Source: a virus (lineage: Duplodnaviria; Caudoviricetes). Taken from it: DNA of 64,000 bases. Under the pieces are notes generated by a model that saw only the letters and a program-made list of their open reading frames with translations, was not told the DNA's origin and ran no database searches. The translations under genes were made by a program, and so were the position numbers. How positions within the stretch are numbered: the stretch's first letter is position 1; each line of letters begins with the position of its first letter. Location of the stretch: positions 1 through 64,000 of IMG/VR virus record IMGVR_UViG_3300044614_002073; one strand, 5' to 3'. Below are positions 37,697-47,330 of the stretch, one piece after another.

Positions 37697-40600
37697 GGTT
37701 TGCCTACAGCCATTAACGTCCAAGCGCCATCCATATAAATGAATAATGCTCTATGATTAGGTTTAGCTTCTAAATTTAGATTGTTAACGAATTGAACATT
37801 AATTTTAGTTACATCTTGCGTTCTAGTATTATTTGGGACAGCGTATGTTGAGAAAATAGTAGCACTAAATCCTTGCTGAATGACCCCAGAAGTAATAATC
37901 TGTTGTTTTGCAACAGGCTCATAAAACCCGGTATCTCCATTGTATTTGCAATATAGTTTAGCTCCACGCGGTGCTGTATAACCACCGTAATCTTTAACGA
38001 ACACTACTCTCCTTAGTCCTGTTGGTAATGGATCTTTAGAGAATTGTAAATCATCTAAAAAGCCCCTTGCTGGATATGTTGATCTAGAATTACGCTCCAA
38101 CACTAAGTCTTCTTCAAGAACTACATAGACATTCTTGGGGGCTTGAGGAGCAACCCATACCCTACGACTATCATCCCAACGAAGATCGACTGGGCCAACA
38201 GGCCACTTTTCTGGTGCCTGACCCCATTTTTCTGCAAATGCTGCTTCTTTATATGGTTTAGACCATTCTGATTTTTCTTCATCCCATACCTGATTTCGCC
38301 CAATAATAATATCTCCAGAATCAGCACTGTTAGGATCGAATGATCCATATGTTTTTAAATCTTTTGTTCTATGAGGACGCCCAAAACTATCGACCATTTT
38401 AGGCTCACCAGAAGCATTTGGCACAGGATACCCCTCTGTGTCATATCCCCAACCGTGCATAACCATAGGGCCTCTGAAACCCATAAATCTTTGATTCATC
38501 AGTGTAATTTGTGGCTCTTGATCGTCCTGAACTTGACTAACCTGTTTGATAGTTCTGCGGAATTCATAGTCTATATCTAAGTAATCTTTAGGTAGCATTA
38601 TACCGCTAAATGCAGCCGAATCTGCAACGAATTTACCTTGAGTGTCATTCCATTTATATAGTACGTTATTATTTGTTCCATTAACTACCACCTCTCCCGC
38701 AACTATATTGTCTACAACATCTAAAGCATTTTTAGGAGCTATCATACCTCTAGCTACAACTTCGATACCATGTCCGCTCATATCATTATCTAATGCATTG
38801 ATATTGCGGAATTCTCCAGAAGCTACTATAATAGGATTAAGATTAAAAAGATTTATACTTCTACGACCAAAAACCTCTAAATACTTTTTAGGATTACTAA
38901 TTAAATTTTTATCACTTACATATTCATATATAATACTTTGTGTATTGGTAGAATTACCGGTCGGTTCTCTTACTGCCAATCTCAAGCCAGAAGCTAAAAT
39001 ATAAGGAGGTGAACTTTCCGTAACGGTAAAGTTTTTCATATCAGGTATTTTACTTTTATCCTCACAGTATTCACATCTTACCTGAATCTTCTGTTCTGGA
39101 TAACCCATAGTTGGACTAATTTCTTTTTCGTATACTCCAGCACCTTTACAAATAGGACAAAATTTTCTGTCATATTTTACATAACTAACAGTAGATTGAT
39201 GAGGAGTTGGATAAAATGATATTGGAGAGAAAAAACCATCAAGACTCATCATAGATTTAGAAGAATACGCAGTATTTAACTCACGAGAAACTTCTTTAGA
39301 GTCAAAAATACCAACCTGTCCTCTATGTGCTTCAATAGTCCTATCTTTTAATGATATCCCCGATAGTGCAGGATTCTTACTTACGTCTATTTCTTTACTG
39401 AATGCATTAAATGACCCAACCATAATCTCTACTGGACTATTACCGCCAGTTAATGTGTCATATAGATAATCTCTGAATGAAGTTTTAAATGTTTGCTCCT
39501 GCTTTTTCTTCATTCTATCATAAAGAGCTATGCTCAACTGGTGTTGCTCTCTTTGTCTTTTCCTTGATTCTCCAACTAATTTCTTTAGTCTATCCGAATT
39601 CTCTTTGTTGAATAGAGATAGTTTAGATTGATATGTTCTAAATGTATAGGTTGTCTCTGTTTGTTGTCCAACAGTAACTTGAATGTTAGAAATATTACTT
39701 GCAGATGGAGATCTAAAATCAGGATTACGATTAATTGTAATACTATTAACACCGCCTAGTGAATTTTGTATTGGTTGATATTTGAAAATACTAGATGTGC
39801 TTTCTGTTAAAACGTCTCCTAAGGCAAATGCGGGATATCCTGGAACACTTAGTTGTCCTGTTTCTAGGAATTGTTGATATGTTGCTTTTTCTTGTATTTT
39901 AAGCTCGACAGCAAGATCTAATGCGTACATACCTCCATAATTCCAAGGAGCTAAATCGTTATCCACCTCAAGATGAACAGAGCCTATCATGTTTTCTATA
40001 GCTACTTTACGATTAGTATCATTTAATAAAAACGGAAAAATAGTTTGCATTTGTTTATCTGGATAGTTAATCCACGGACCATAAACATGCTGATTAGAAA
40101 CTAACGGAACAGCAGCAAACCCAGGCAACGCGGCCTTTGGAGATAAAGCCAAATTCTTAGAAGTGTGGAAACTTTTTGTAATCTGTTCTGCTAAGGATTT
40201 TGGAGGACCAGAAGGAGTAATTCTTCCTCCATCATCAAAAATATTTGCTGTTGCACCTAAACTTGCGGTACCATTGCTATTGTTCTGCATATACTGTTTG
40301 CCCACTTGCAAGAATGATTCTTGTATAGGGGACATTAATTTCATCAGTATGTCTAGTAATCCAGATGCTTTTCCTGTATTGGTACCAAAATCTCCTAGTC
40401 TCGTAAATAATGCAAATTCTTCGGCAGCGGCGACAGGAACCATTTTTGATGACGGACTTGTATTGGAGTCTCCACCAAGAGCGGCAGAATCATTAAGAGC
40501 AACCATACTATTAATACTTAAAATTGCTCTAGCATCTCCTAAATTAGCAGGATCCAAAAAAATCATTTCTTCTTCGACTTCAGCAGCAACAAATAATTTT

Positions 40601-40947
40601 CTACGCCTGTTAATTTTTTGACCAGATGTACCATTATATTCTGTTCCTACGTTTATTTCAAAAGCATCTAAATGCCCTGCGTTTTGTACAGGAGATTCTA
40701 TTAATATAGATTCGGTTGGACCAAATTGATATTTTAATGCAGGATACCAAAACTCTTGATGGTTGCAGGTTACCCTTGTTATTTTTCTGTCTGCTGGTGG
40801 CGGAGTATTCGCAGCGGTTGAGTTGTCGCTCACTGGTGTTGACGATGCGCCGCTATCTTCAGCTACTGGAGTATTAGAGCTAGGAGTAGGGGCCGGCGGT
40901 GTAGCCGGTTGCGGTCCTCTATTATCTGGTAAAACCGGAGCTGTCAT
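37693..40947 (-). CDS. Large putative tail/baseplate protein
   Basis: 1084 aa, perfect SD TAAGGAGGT, Pro/Ser/Thr-rich N-terminus, CPICKGAG...CEYC. Confidence 0.55.
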   Translation of the reverse strand: MTAPVLPDNRGPQPATPPAPTPSSNTPVAEDSGASSTPVSDNSTAANTPPPADRKITRVTCNHQEFWYPALKYQFGPTESILIESPVQNAGHLDAFEINVGTEYNGTSGQKINRRRKLFVAAEVEEEMIFLDPANLGDARAILSINSMVALNDSAALGGDSNTSPSSKMVPVAAAEEFALFTRLGDFGTNTGKASGLLDILMKLMSPIQESFLQVGKQYMQNNSNGTASLGATANIFDDGGRITPSGPPKSLAEQITKSFHTSKNLALSPKAALPGFAAVPLVSNQHVYGPWINYPDKQMQTIFPFLLNDTNRKVAIENMIGSVHLEVDNDLAPWNYGGMYALDLAVELKIQEKATYQQFLETGQLSVPGYPAFALGDVLTESTSSIFKYQPIQNSLGGVNSITINRNPDFRSPSASNISNIQVTVGQQTETTYTFRTYQSKLSLFNKENSDRLKKLVGESRKRQREQHQLSIALYDRMKKKQEQTFKTSFRDYLYDTLTGGNSPVEIMVGSFNAFSKEIDVSKNPALSGISLKDRTIEAHRGQVGIFDSKEVSRELNTAYSSKSMMSLDGFFSPISFYPTPHQSTVSYVKYDRKFCPICKGAGVYEKEISPTMGYPEQKIQVRCEYCEDKSKIPDMKNFTVTESSPPYILASGLRLAVREPTGNSTNTQSIIYEYVSDKNLISNPKKYLEVFGRRSINLFNLNPIIVASGEFRNINALDNDMSGHGIEVVARGMIAPKNALDVVDNIVAGEVVVNGTNNNVLYKWNDTQGKFVADSAAFSGIMLPKDYLDIDYEFRRTIKQVSQVQDDQEPQITLMNQRFMGFRGPMVMHGWGYDTEGYPVPNASGEPKMVDSFGRPHRTKDLKTYGSFDPNSADSGDIIIGRNQVWDEEKSEWSKPYKEAAFAEKWGQAPEKWPVGPVDLRWDDSRRVWVAPQAPKNVYVVLEEDLVLERNSRSTYPARGFLDDLQFSKDPLPTGLRRVVFVKDYGGYTAPRGAKLYCKYNGDTGFYEPVAKQQIITSGVIQQGFSATIFSTYAVPNNTRTQDVTKINVQFVNNLNLEAKPNHRALFIYMDGAWTLMAVGKP

Positions 40948-40962
40948 TTCAGTACCTCCTTA

Positions 40963-43900
40963 TTAGCTGCATGGGGCACCGCCATTTCGTGTACCACCTG
41001 TAAACGCAGTATATCTATTAGCATTAGATAATGCATTAGATCTTTTAAGAATATCATAATAGTAAAATACATTTGGTCCAGTAACCAGCTTACAAACATT
41101 ATCTCGTACCCATTCACAGCAAAAATACGCCTCGTGATCAAATTTGTCATCTGCTGGATATCCTAATATTGGTTTAATTTTTCCGCTGTCATCCGTAAAA
41201 GGAGACGCAGTATATGCTCCAACCATAATACAATCATCAATACTATTACCATATTCTTCCCAAGCTCCTTCTGGGCTAATACTATAATTAGAATATATTT
41301 TCCCAGTCCCCTCTGTTAAATATCTAGGATTGTCCGATGTGCCTATATTAATATAAGTAAATCCTGCTGTGGGAATAGTACCAGCATTAGGATTAGATGT
41401 TCCTCCAGTTGTACTACTATTGGAAGATCCTTGAGATGGGTTACTGGATGAAGGAGCAGTAGTAGATCCTATATTAGCTGAATTAGGCGCTGGAGTAGGT
41501 GTTGGTCTAGGATCCAAATTTATCATAGCATCTCTATCTTTATATGATAAAATCATTGGCAATCTCACCATAAATTTTTTACCATAATATTCATCAGCAA
41601 TTTTTCTGAAAAAGGCATGTAGCGTTTTGAGATCGTCTTGTAAAGCGCTTTGCAAACCAGCATTACGATTTTTAGGAGTAGATGCGCCAGCGTTAGCACT
41701 TTTAGTTTTCTGATTTAGTCCTGTCTCAATCTTAAATAAAGCGCAGAATATAGCGCAAGCATCCCAATCATTATCCGATGTTACTTGCCAATCAGATTTT
41801 GTGTCTTTTTGTTGTGGTTTATTATCTCCTTGTCCCGGATTCATATTAGCAACAGCGCCAACATCGGCAGAATTAGGAGCTGTAGGTCCTGCTCTCCTAG
41901 ATGCCTGCGGAGTAGGTTGAGGAGATGGTGTTATAACGCGATTTCCACAAACAGCATTTTTAACCATTTGTTTAATATGAGGATCATGTATTCTTGTACT
42001 AAGATACCCCATCCACGAGTCATATCCTACCAATGCTGCTCTTAGCTCTGTTTCGTGAACAATAAAAGTACCTCCATTAAAAATTCCTTCTAATTCTAAT
42101 CTAGTAATTGGTAGTTCTTTAACATTAAATTCTATAGCTAAACCATTAAGCCAAGTATCAAACCATACTGGTCTGGGTTTTTTGGTTTTGTCTACTGTAG
42201 CATATTGAGTTTTTGTTTTGTCTATAAAGTCCACCGTACCAAAAAATGGACATACACTATGATAAAAAATAGGAATAAATCTCTTGGCTCCGTCATCTCT
42301 TGTCCAACCAAACTGAGCCAAATCATTGAATGTATACTTTAACCTATTCTTAAAATAATGAGTATTAGGATTATACTTAAATACATTATACCCTATATCA
42401 GCTATAGCATCTGCAAAATTACTCAGTACTGTTGATTCTGTAGGAGCTGATCCTGGACTTCCTGTCCCTCCCCTAACGCTAACGCTTCCGACTCCACTAC
42501 TCCATCCACCACCACCGCTGCCTACACTACTACTTCCGCTACCGCTTCCACTCCCACTACTGCCGCTGCTTCCACTGCTGCTTGTACTATTGCTACTACT
42601 TCCGCTACTACTTCCGCTACTACTTCCGCTACTACTTCCGCTACTACTTCCGCTACTACTTCCGCTATCATTACTAGCCGGGCTACTAATCCACCAGTTT
42701 TGTTGTTTATGCAAATCCCTATTTAGACTTTGATTAGCATTGGTTGATGACTTATCTAAAAACTTTGTATATGCCCAGTCAAATAAAACCTTCCCAATGT
42801 CTCTAATAAAAGTATCAGAATTTTTGATGCTAGGAGTACTTGACCCTTTAACCAAGGGACTATCTCCTCCAGTAGTTATTGTGGTTGTCGATGATACAGA
42901 TTTAAGATAATTACCCTTAGCAGGAAAAGCATTATTACTGTGTTTGTTCCAAGATGTATCTATGTCATAAAAATCAGCTTTTTTAATTTCATTTGGTGAT
43001 GTAACGGATGTTTGTCTTTCTATAGCCAATAAGTCTCTTATAGACCCAGGATCTGGAATTCTATATGCATTATATGTTAAATCATTAAAAGTATCATAGT
43101 GGATAAACTTTTTTCTGGTAGTATGATAAATATAATTACTAGCTTTATATGCTAACGTATAATTTTTGGCTTGAAATAATCTTTGTTGTTTTGCCCCTAT
43201 TAACATTGTGCGAGGCTTGGCCGCAGAGTTAAACTCTTTTCCTAAACTTACCGAACTCAACATTACTCCCTGCTCTCTCAATGTAGCAATATAATCTGAT
43301 ATCTTACGATCAGACGGTTGTACTTTTCTAGACACTGTTCTGAGTTTAATAATCTTTATCGATGGCATATTAGTATATACTTTTAGATATAACATTTCCC
43401 AAAAGAAATCTACGCCGGATTTATCGCAAACTTCTGTTATAAAAGAATTAAAATCCATTACAATTTGAGAACAGTCTGTTCTTAACTGCATTGGTACAAC
43501 AGGAAGCTCTCCTAAGTCTATATAGTATAGCTGTTTGTATTGTTGGTTAGCAACCACCGTGTTTGTTCCAACACCGCCGCTTATGGTCTGACTAGCATCA
43601 TCCGGAGGAATTAATCCAAAATCAAAAATACTATATTGTTGTCCACTATCTGCGGTAGGTAAACTATTACGGTGTACACTGCCATCGTCTCCTAATTCTA
43701 AAAATGTACCAACAGTACCGGTGGTGGGTTTTCCTGTTGCAGATGACTGCTGAAGTCTACTATTCGGAAAAGATAGGGCTGCTCCTGTACCACCATATGT
43801 TACGCTATCCTGTTTATTAAATGCTTTGGGTACATTACTACTGGTGGCATGGTAAATTTCCATGTTGGTATTTGTGGGGGCTGCGGATTCTGCGGTTGGT

Positions 43901-45240
43901 GACTTGGGTGTTCCTGTCATTGGAGATCTTCCAACCAAAGCTCCAAAAGTACTAAAAATATTACGTGTTGTCTGTCCGGGTTTGCTTGTATTGTTTACGG
44001 GTAGTCCTAATAAATAATTTAAAGCATAAATAATACTATTAGTACGAATACCACTATCGTTAATATTTGCTCCTCCAAACCCCCCTGGAGCCATGGCTTC
44101 TAAAAATCCATATACATTAATGATATTAGGAATATTTCCATTTAAAATATTCCCCTTAAATGCATTAGTTAAATTGATTTTCTCAGACCAAACATCATTA
44201 GATGGTCCAGATATCTCACTATTATCACTCTTAGAAAAAACACTACCGGCATAGGTACTTAAAATTAATTGTGCTTGATTAATAATTTCGTTTGGTCCTT
44301 CAATATCAACTTGATACGTTCGTCCTCCTGTACCAGAATTTACAGATTTCCATGATTTGAGTATTCCACAAAAAGTAAAATCATCAAACTGGAAAAATAC
44401 GGGACAACCTATAATATCTACTGGTGTGCCTAGTTCTATATTTTGTTTACCAGTGATAGGATCGGTGCCGACATTAGTACGACCACTAGATTTAAAACTA
44501 TTTTTTGCTCCTATAAAGCCAGGATCAGGTCCAAGCCAATATTTTTGTTGTATAGTACCAGTAGTTACATTATAGTAATAAAATAATTTACCAGGAACAA
44601 TAACGTTTCCATTAGAATCTAAAAATTGTTGTATTCTAGTCTTATATGCCTTAGCATCTTCATTAACATTACCTTGAGTATCTTTGTATGGCTTTAAAAC
44701 GTTATAGTAATGATCAGAAGAGCTTTGAAGCCCCATTGCTGCGCTTTTATAGATTCCTCCATCATGGCTCATAACATAATGAGGAGTAGTATCCTCCACC
44801 AAGGTTACGGACAGTTGAGAAGGCTGATTACCCCATCCTAAACTAACATTAAAATTAGCAACACTACATCCTAAAAATAGTGTTTGAGGAAATGGGCCGA
44901 ATACATTAGTTGGCAAAGCCTTTCCGGTATCAATATCTCCACGAGCTAATATAGAATTAGGGGCGGTCGCAGGATTGATACCCATTGCGGCCGTAGCTGT
45001 TTGAGTAGCTGTTGGAGTAACATTGGGCACAGGAGGATTGCGCTTATATGTTGTTGCTAACTGAGGAATATTGGGAGTAGGAGTAGGTCCAGGCAGAGCT
45101 GGAGTCCTAGTTGGACTAACAACAAGAGCATTCTCAGCAGCTGAAAAATTAGTTACTGTACGAAAATTACTAGTAGCGTCTCTTTTTTCCCCTAAAGGAA
45201 TAGGGCTACACGCTGGATCTTCTGGGGGAATATATGGCAT
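40963..45240 (-). CDS. Large putative tail/baseplate protein
   Basis: 1425 aa; QTLFLGCSV..F....GW..Q.SQL.V.LVED, Ser/Gly and Pro/Thr linkers. Confidence 0.55.
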   Translation of the reverse strand: MPYIPPEDPACSPIPLGEKRDATSNFRTVTNFSAAENALVVSPTRTPALPGPTPTPNIPQLATTYKRNPPVPNVTPTATQTATAAMGINPATAPNSILARGDIDTGKALPTNVFGPFPQTLFLGCSVANFNVSLGWGNQPSQLSVTLVEDTTPHYVMSHDGGIYKSAAMGLQSSSDHYYNVLKPYKDTQGNVNEDAKAYKTRIQQFLDSNGNVIVPGKLFYYYNVTTGTIQQKYWLGPDPGFIGAKNSFKSSGRTNVGTDPITGKQNIELGTPVDIIGCPVFFQFDDFTFCGILKSWKSVNSGTGGRTYQVDIEGPNEIINQAQLILSTYAGSVFSKSDNSEISGPSNDVWSEKINLTNAFKGNILNGNIPNIINVYGFLEAMAPGGFGGANINDSGIRTNSIIYALNYLLGLPVNNTSKPGQTTRNIFSTFGALVGRSPMTGTPKSPTAESAAPTNTNMEIYHATSSNVPKAFNKQDSVTYGGTGAALSFPNSRLQQSSATGKPTTGTVGTFLELGDDGSVHRNSLPTADSGQQYSIFDFGLIPPDDASQTISGGVGTNTVVANQQYKQLYYIDLGELPVVPMQLRTDCSQIVMDFNSFITEVCDKSGVDFFWEMLYLKVYTNMPSIKIIKLRTVSRKVQPSDRKISDYIATLREQGVMLSSVSLGKEFNSAAKPRTMLIGAKQQRLFQAKNYTLAYKASNYIYHTTRKKFIHYDTFNDLTYNAYRIPDPGSIRDLLAIERQTSVTSPNEIKKADFYDIDTSWNKHSNNAFPAKGNYLKSVSSTTTITTGGDSPLVKGSSTPSIKNSDTFIRDIGKVLFDWAYTKFLDKSSTNANQSLNRDLHKQQNWWISSPASNDSGSSSGSSSGSSSGSSSGSSSGSSSNSTSSSGSSGSSGSGSGSGSSSVGSGGGGWSSGVGSVSVRGGTGSPGSAPTESTVLSNFADAIADIGYNVFKYNPNTHYFKNRLKYTFNDLAQFGWTRDDGAKRFIPIFYHSVCPFFGTVDFIDKTKTQYATVDKTKKPRPVWFDTWLNGLAIEFNVKELPITRLELEGIFNGGTFIVHETELRAALVGYDSWMGYLSTRIHDPHIKQMVKNAVCGNRVITPSPQPTPQASRRAGPTAPNSADVGAVANMNPGQGDNKPQQKDTKSDWQVTSDNDWDACAIFCALFKIETGLNQKTKSANAGASTPKNRNAGLQSALQDDLKTLHAFFRKIADEYYGKKFMVRLPMILSYKDRDAMINLDPRPTPTPAPNSANIGSTTAPSSSNPSQGSSNSSTTGGTSNPNAGTIPTAGFTYINIGTSDNPRYLTEGTGKIYSNYSISPEGAWEEYGNSIDDCIMVGAYTASPFTDDSGKIKPILGYPADDKFDHEAYFCCEWVRDNVCKLVTGPNVFYYYDILKRSNALSNANRYTAFTGGTRNGGAPCS
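42592..42667. repeat. Perfect 12-bp tandem repeat (GCTACTACTTCC x6 plus 4 nt) encoding (GSSS)6 on the minus strand
   Basis: Read directly from the sequence. Confidence 0.95.
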
Positions 45241-45254
45241 GTCTTGTCCTTGAA

Positions 45255-47303
45255 TTAAGCGTCATAAACCCACGTTATAGTCTTAGAAAAACGTCCTTCT
45301 ATGGGATTCCAGGTTTCATCATCTGATTTAATATACACCTGACCAGCATATGAACCATTAATTAGAGTTATGCTTGGATCTTTTGATCTTAGATCAGCAA
45401 GTTTGGTGGGAATCCAAGTGTCTGGCAATACTGGTCTAAGCATATCTATTATATTTAATAAGTCTTTATAAACTATACCTCCTGTCCACATAGGACAAGC
45501 ATTGTATCTTGTATCAAATTCTCCCATATTACGAGGTATGGTGGTTTGTATTTCTATGCTGACCTGACGTGTTTTAGCCGTTTTGCTACCAGTATCTTGT
45601 AAAATTGGTCCACGTTTTCTTCCCATAACAAACATTTCAGCAATAACATCGGCCGGTTTAGAGTCTTGTACGTTTAATGATAAAATGGTTGCTCCTTTTA
45701 TCTGGTTAGCTCCTCTGCGATTATTAAATTCACAACTATATGTTATAGTCCCACGCGTTGGATCGCTACCTATAGTTTTATTAACAAATCGCGTATCTAA
45801 AATAATGTTTTCTCTTTTATCTAAATAATCACAAGTACCAAAATTAGTTTGAGGATACCTTATCTGAAAATTTCCACCATCACTTACTTGCGGTATGACT
45901 CCTCCCCAAACTGATCTATTTAATTCTCCATTTGTATTATCTAAAGTATTATTAGTAGCATTTATTTTAGTTGTCTGACCCTGCACCATATACATAGCTA
46001 AACTATTACTTCTGGCATATAATAATGGTTCAACAAAATTTCTCCAAGCCTCTAAGGCATTATTATATTTAGCACTATAAATAGCTCCTTCATTAATATT
46101 TTGTAAATCTAATTTACCTCTATCCAATCCCACTCCAGCTGGCGGTAAAGAATTATAGGCATTATGTGTAGTGGTCTGCTTTAATGCTGATCCTTCGGTA
46201 TATCCAGCTTTTTTGATTTCTAGTCCTTGTACAGTACCATTAATCCTTACGGTAACATTAAAGTTATTGTCTTGAGTAACCTCTACGCTGTAATCTTCTA
46301 AGTAATGAGTAGGCTTGCTAAGAGCTAACCATGTATCCGTAATATCGAAAGTACCATTAGACTCACTAACATTAGTGGCTCTTACATGATTATACAAATA
46401 AATTTCTTCGTTTTGAGTTTTACTACCAGTAGCATTATTTTCATTAACATAGCTATGTTGGCCAAATCCATTATTATTATATGCTAAAAATACATGATTA
46501 ATATTATTGTGTGGCATCTTAATGTGTTCTTCAACAAATCGTTTAGCATTATACCATGCAGAATCATTAAAGTTACGGGAAAGACCAGCAGCTTCTCCAG
46601 CATTGTATTGTCCTGTTGGTGCAGATAGTCCTTGTGCTCCTACTCTGTGAGTGATTCTGAATTGTATTAAATTATCTAACTTATTTAGTCCGGCTGGCCA
46701 GTCTTGGACTGTTGCGTTAGGATTATTATTCAATACATTTAAATGATAATATGCCGCATCTTCTACTGGCTCTATAGTCCACTCATCTGTGTAGCTACTA
46801 ATGGTATAAGAATGAGCATGTGGTAAGGTAGCATTCTTTGAATGATTGCATTGTAGTTCCACAGTATAGTCTATTGTTTGAACCCAATTGTCTTCTGTTT
46901 TAGATATGTTATAACTCATCACCTTGCACATAAAACCTTTACCTAACCCATTTGGTGTCTGAATAGTATCATCCCACCAGAATCCAAACTTGCCATTCGA
47001 AACACCATTGGCTAGAGCTTGGCTATTATTAGCAGAACATGTGACGGTTAGTAGGCCATCTCTACTAAAAAGATGTCGTAATTGTTTTTCATCTTCTAAA
47101 AGACGATCTAATCCGGGTTTATGAGCTTGTTCACTTACTCCTTTTTTATATGCTGTGATTTTTCCTTCTAGTGTAATATTAATAGTTTCAGATAAGATAT
47201 GTACATTAGCACTATCTCTATTGGTAGTTTTACTCAGATTAATGAATGGGGTTGGACCAAATTTATTTAGGTCTATCCCATCATACCATATCTTTGCTCC
47301 CAT
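45255..47303 (-). CDS. Putative tail/virion structural protein
   Basis: 682 aa beta-rich protein (GPTPFINL, ITLEG, YTVEL, G.ITYS.EF, D.ETWNP.EGRFS). RBS AAGGA. Confidence 0.5.
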   Translation of the reverse strand: MGAKIWYDGIDLNKFGPTPFINLSKTTNRDSANVHILSETINITLEGKITAYKKGVSEQAHKPGLDRLLEDEKQLRHLFSRDGLLTVTCSANNSQALANGVSNGKFGFWWDDTIQTPNGLGKGFMCKVMSYNISKTEDNWVQTIDYTVELQCNHSKNATLPHAHSYTISSYTDEWTIEPVEDAAYYHLNVLNNNPNATVQDWPAGLNKLDNLIQFRITHRVGAQGLSAPTGQYNAGEAAGLSRNFNDSAWYNAKRFVEEHIKMPHNNINHVFLAYNNNGFGQHSYVNENNATGSKTQNEEIYLYNHVRATNVSESNGTFDITDTWLALSKPTHYLEDYSVEVTQDNNFNVTVRINGTVQGLEIKKAGYTEGSALKQTTTHNAYNSLPPAGVGLDRGKLDLQNINEGAIYSAKYNNALEAWRNFVEPLLYARSNSLAMYMVQGQTTKINATNNTLDNTNGELNRSVWGGVIPQVSDGGNFQIRYPQTNFGTCDYLDKRENIILDTRFVNKTIGSDPTRGTITYSCEFNNRRGANQIKGATILSLNVQDSKPADVIAEMFVMGRKRGPILQDTGSKTAKTRQVSIEIQTTIPRNMGEFDTRYNACPMWTGGIVYKDLLNIIDMLRPVLPDTWIPTKLADLRSKDPSITLINGSYAGQVYIKSDDETWNPIEGRFSKTITWVYDA

Positions 47304-47330
47304 AAATTAAATCCTTAGCGAAAAATCACA

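Noticed and set aside
39060-39160. DnaJ-type zinc finger (CPICKGAG...CEYC)
   Set aside because: There is only one CxxCxGxG unit and no J-domain. At most this is a single zinc knuckle in a structural protein.
40944-41150. 68-aa ORF bridging two large structural genes as a frameshift product
   Set aside because: The flanking genes are already in the same frame, no slippery site was evident, and this ORF ends at the downstream start.
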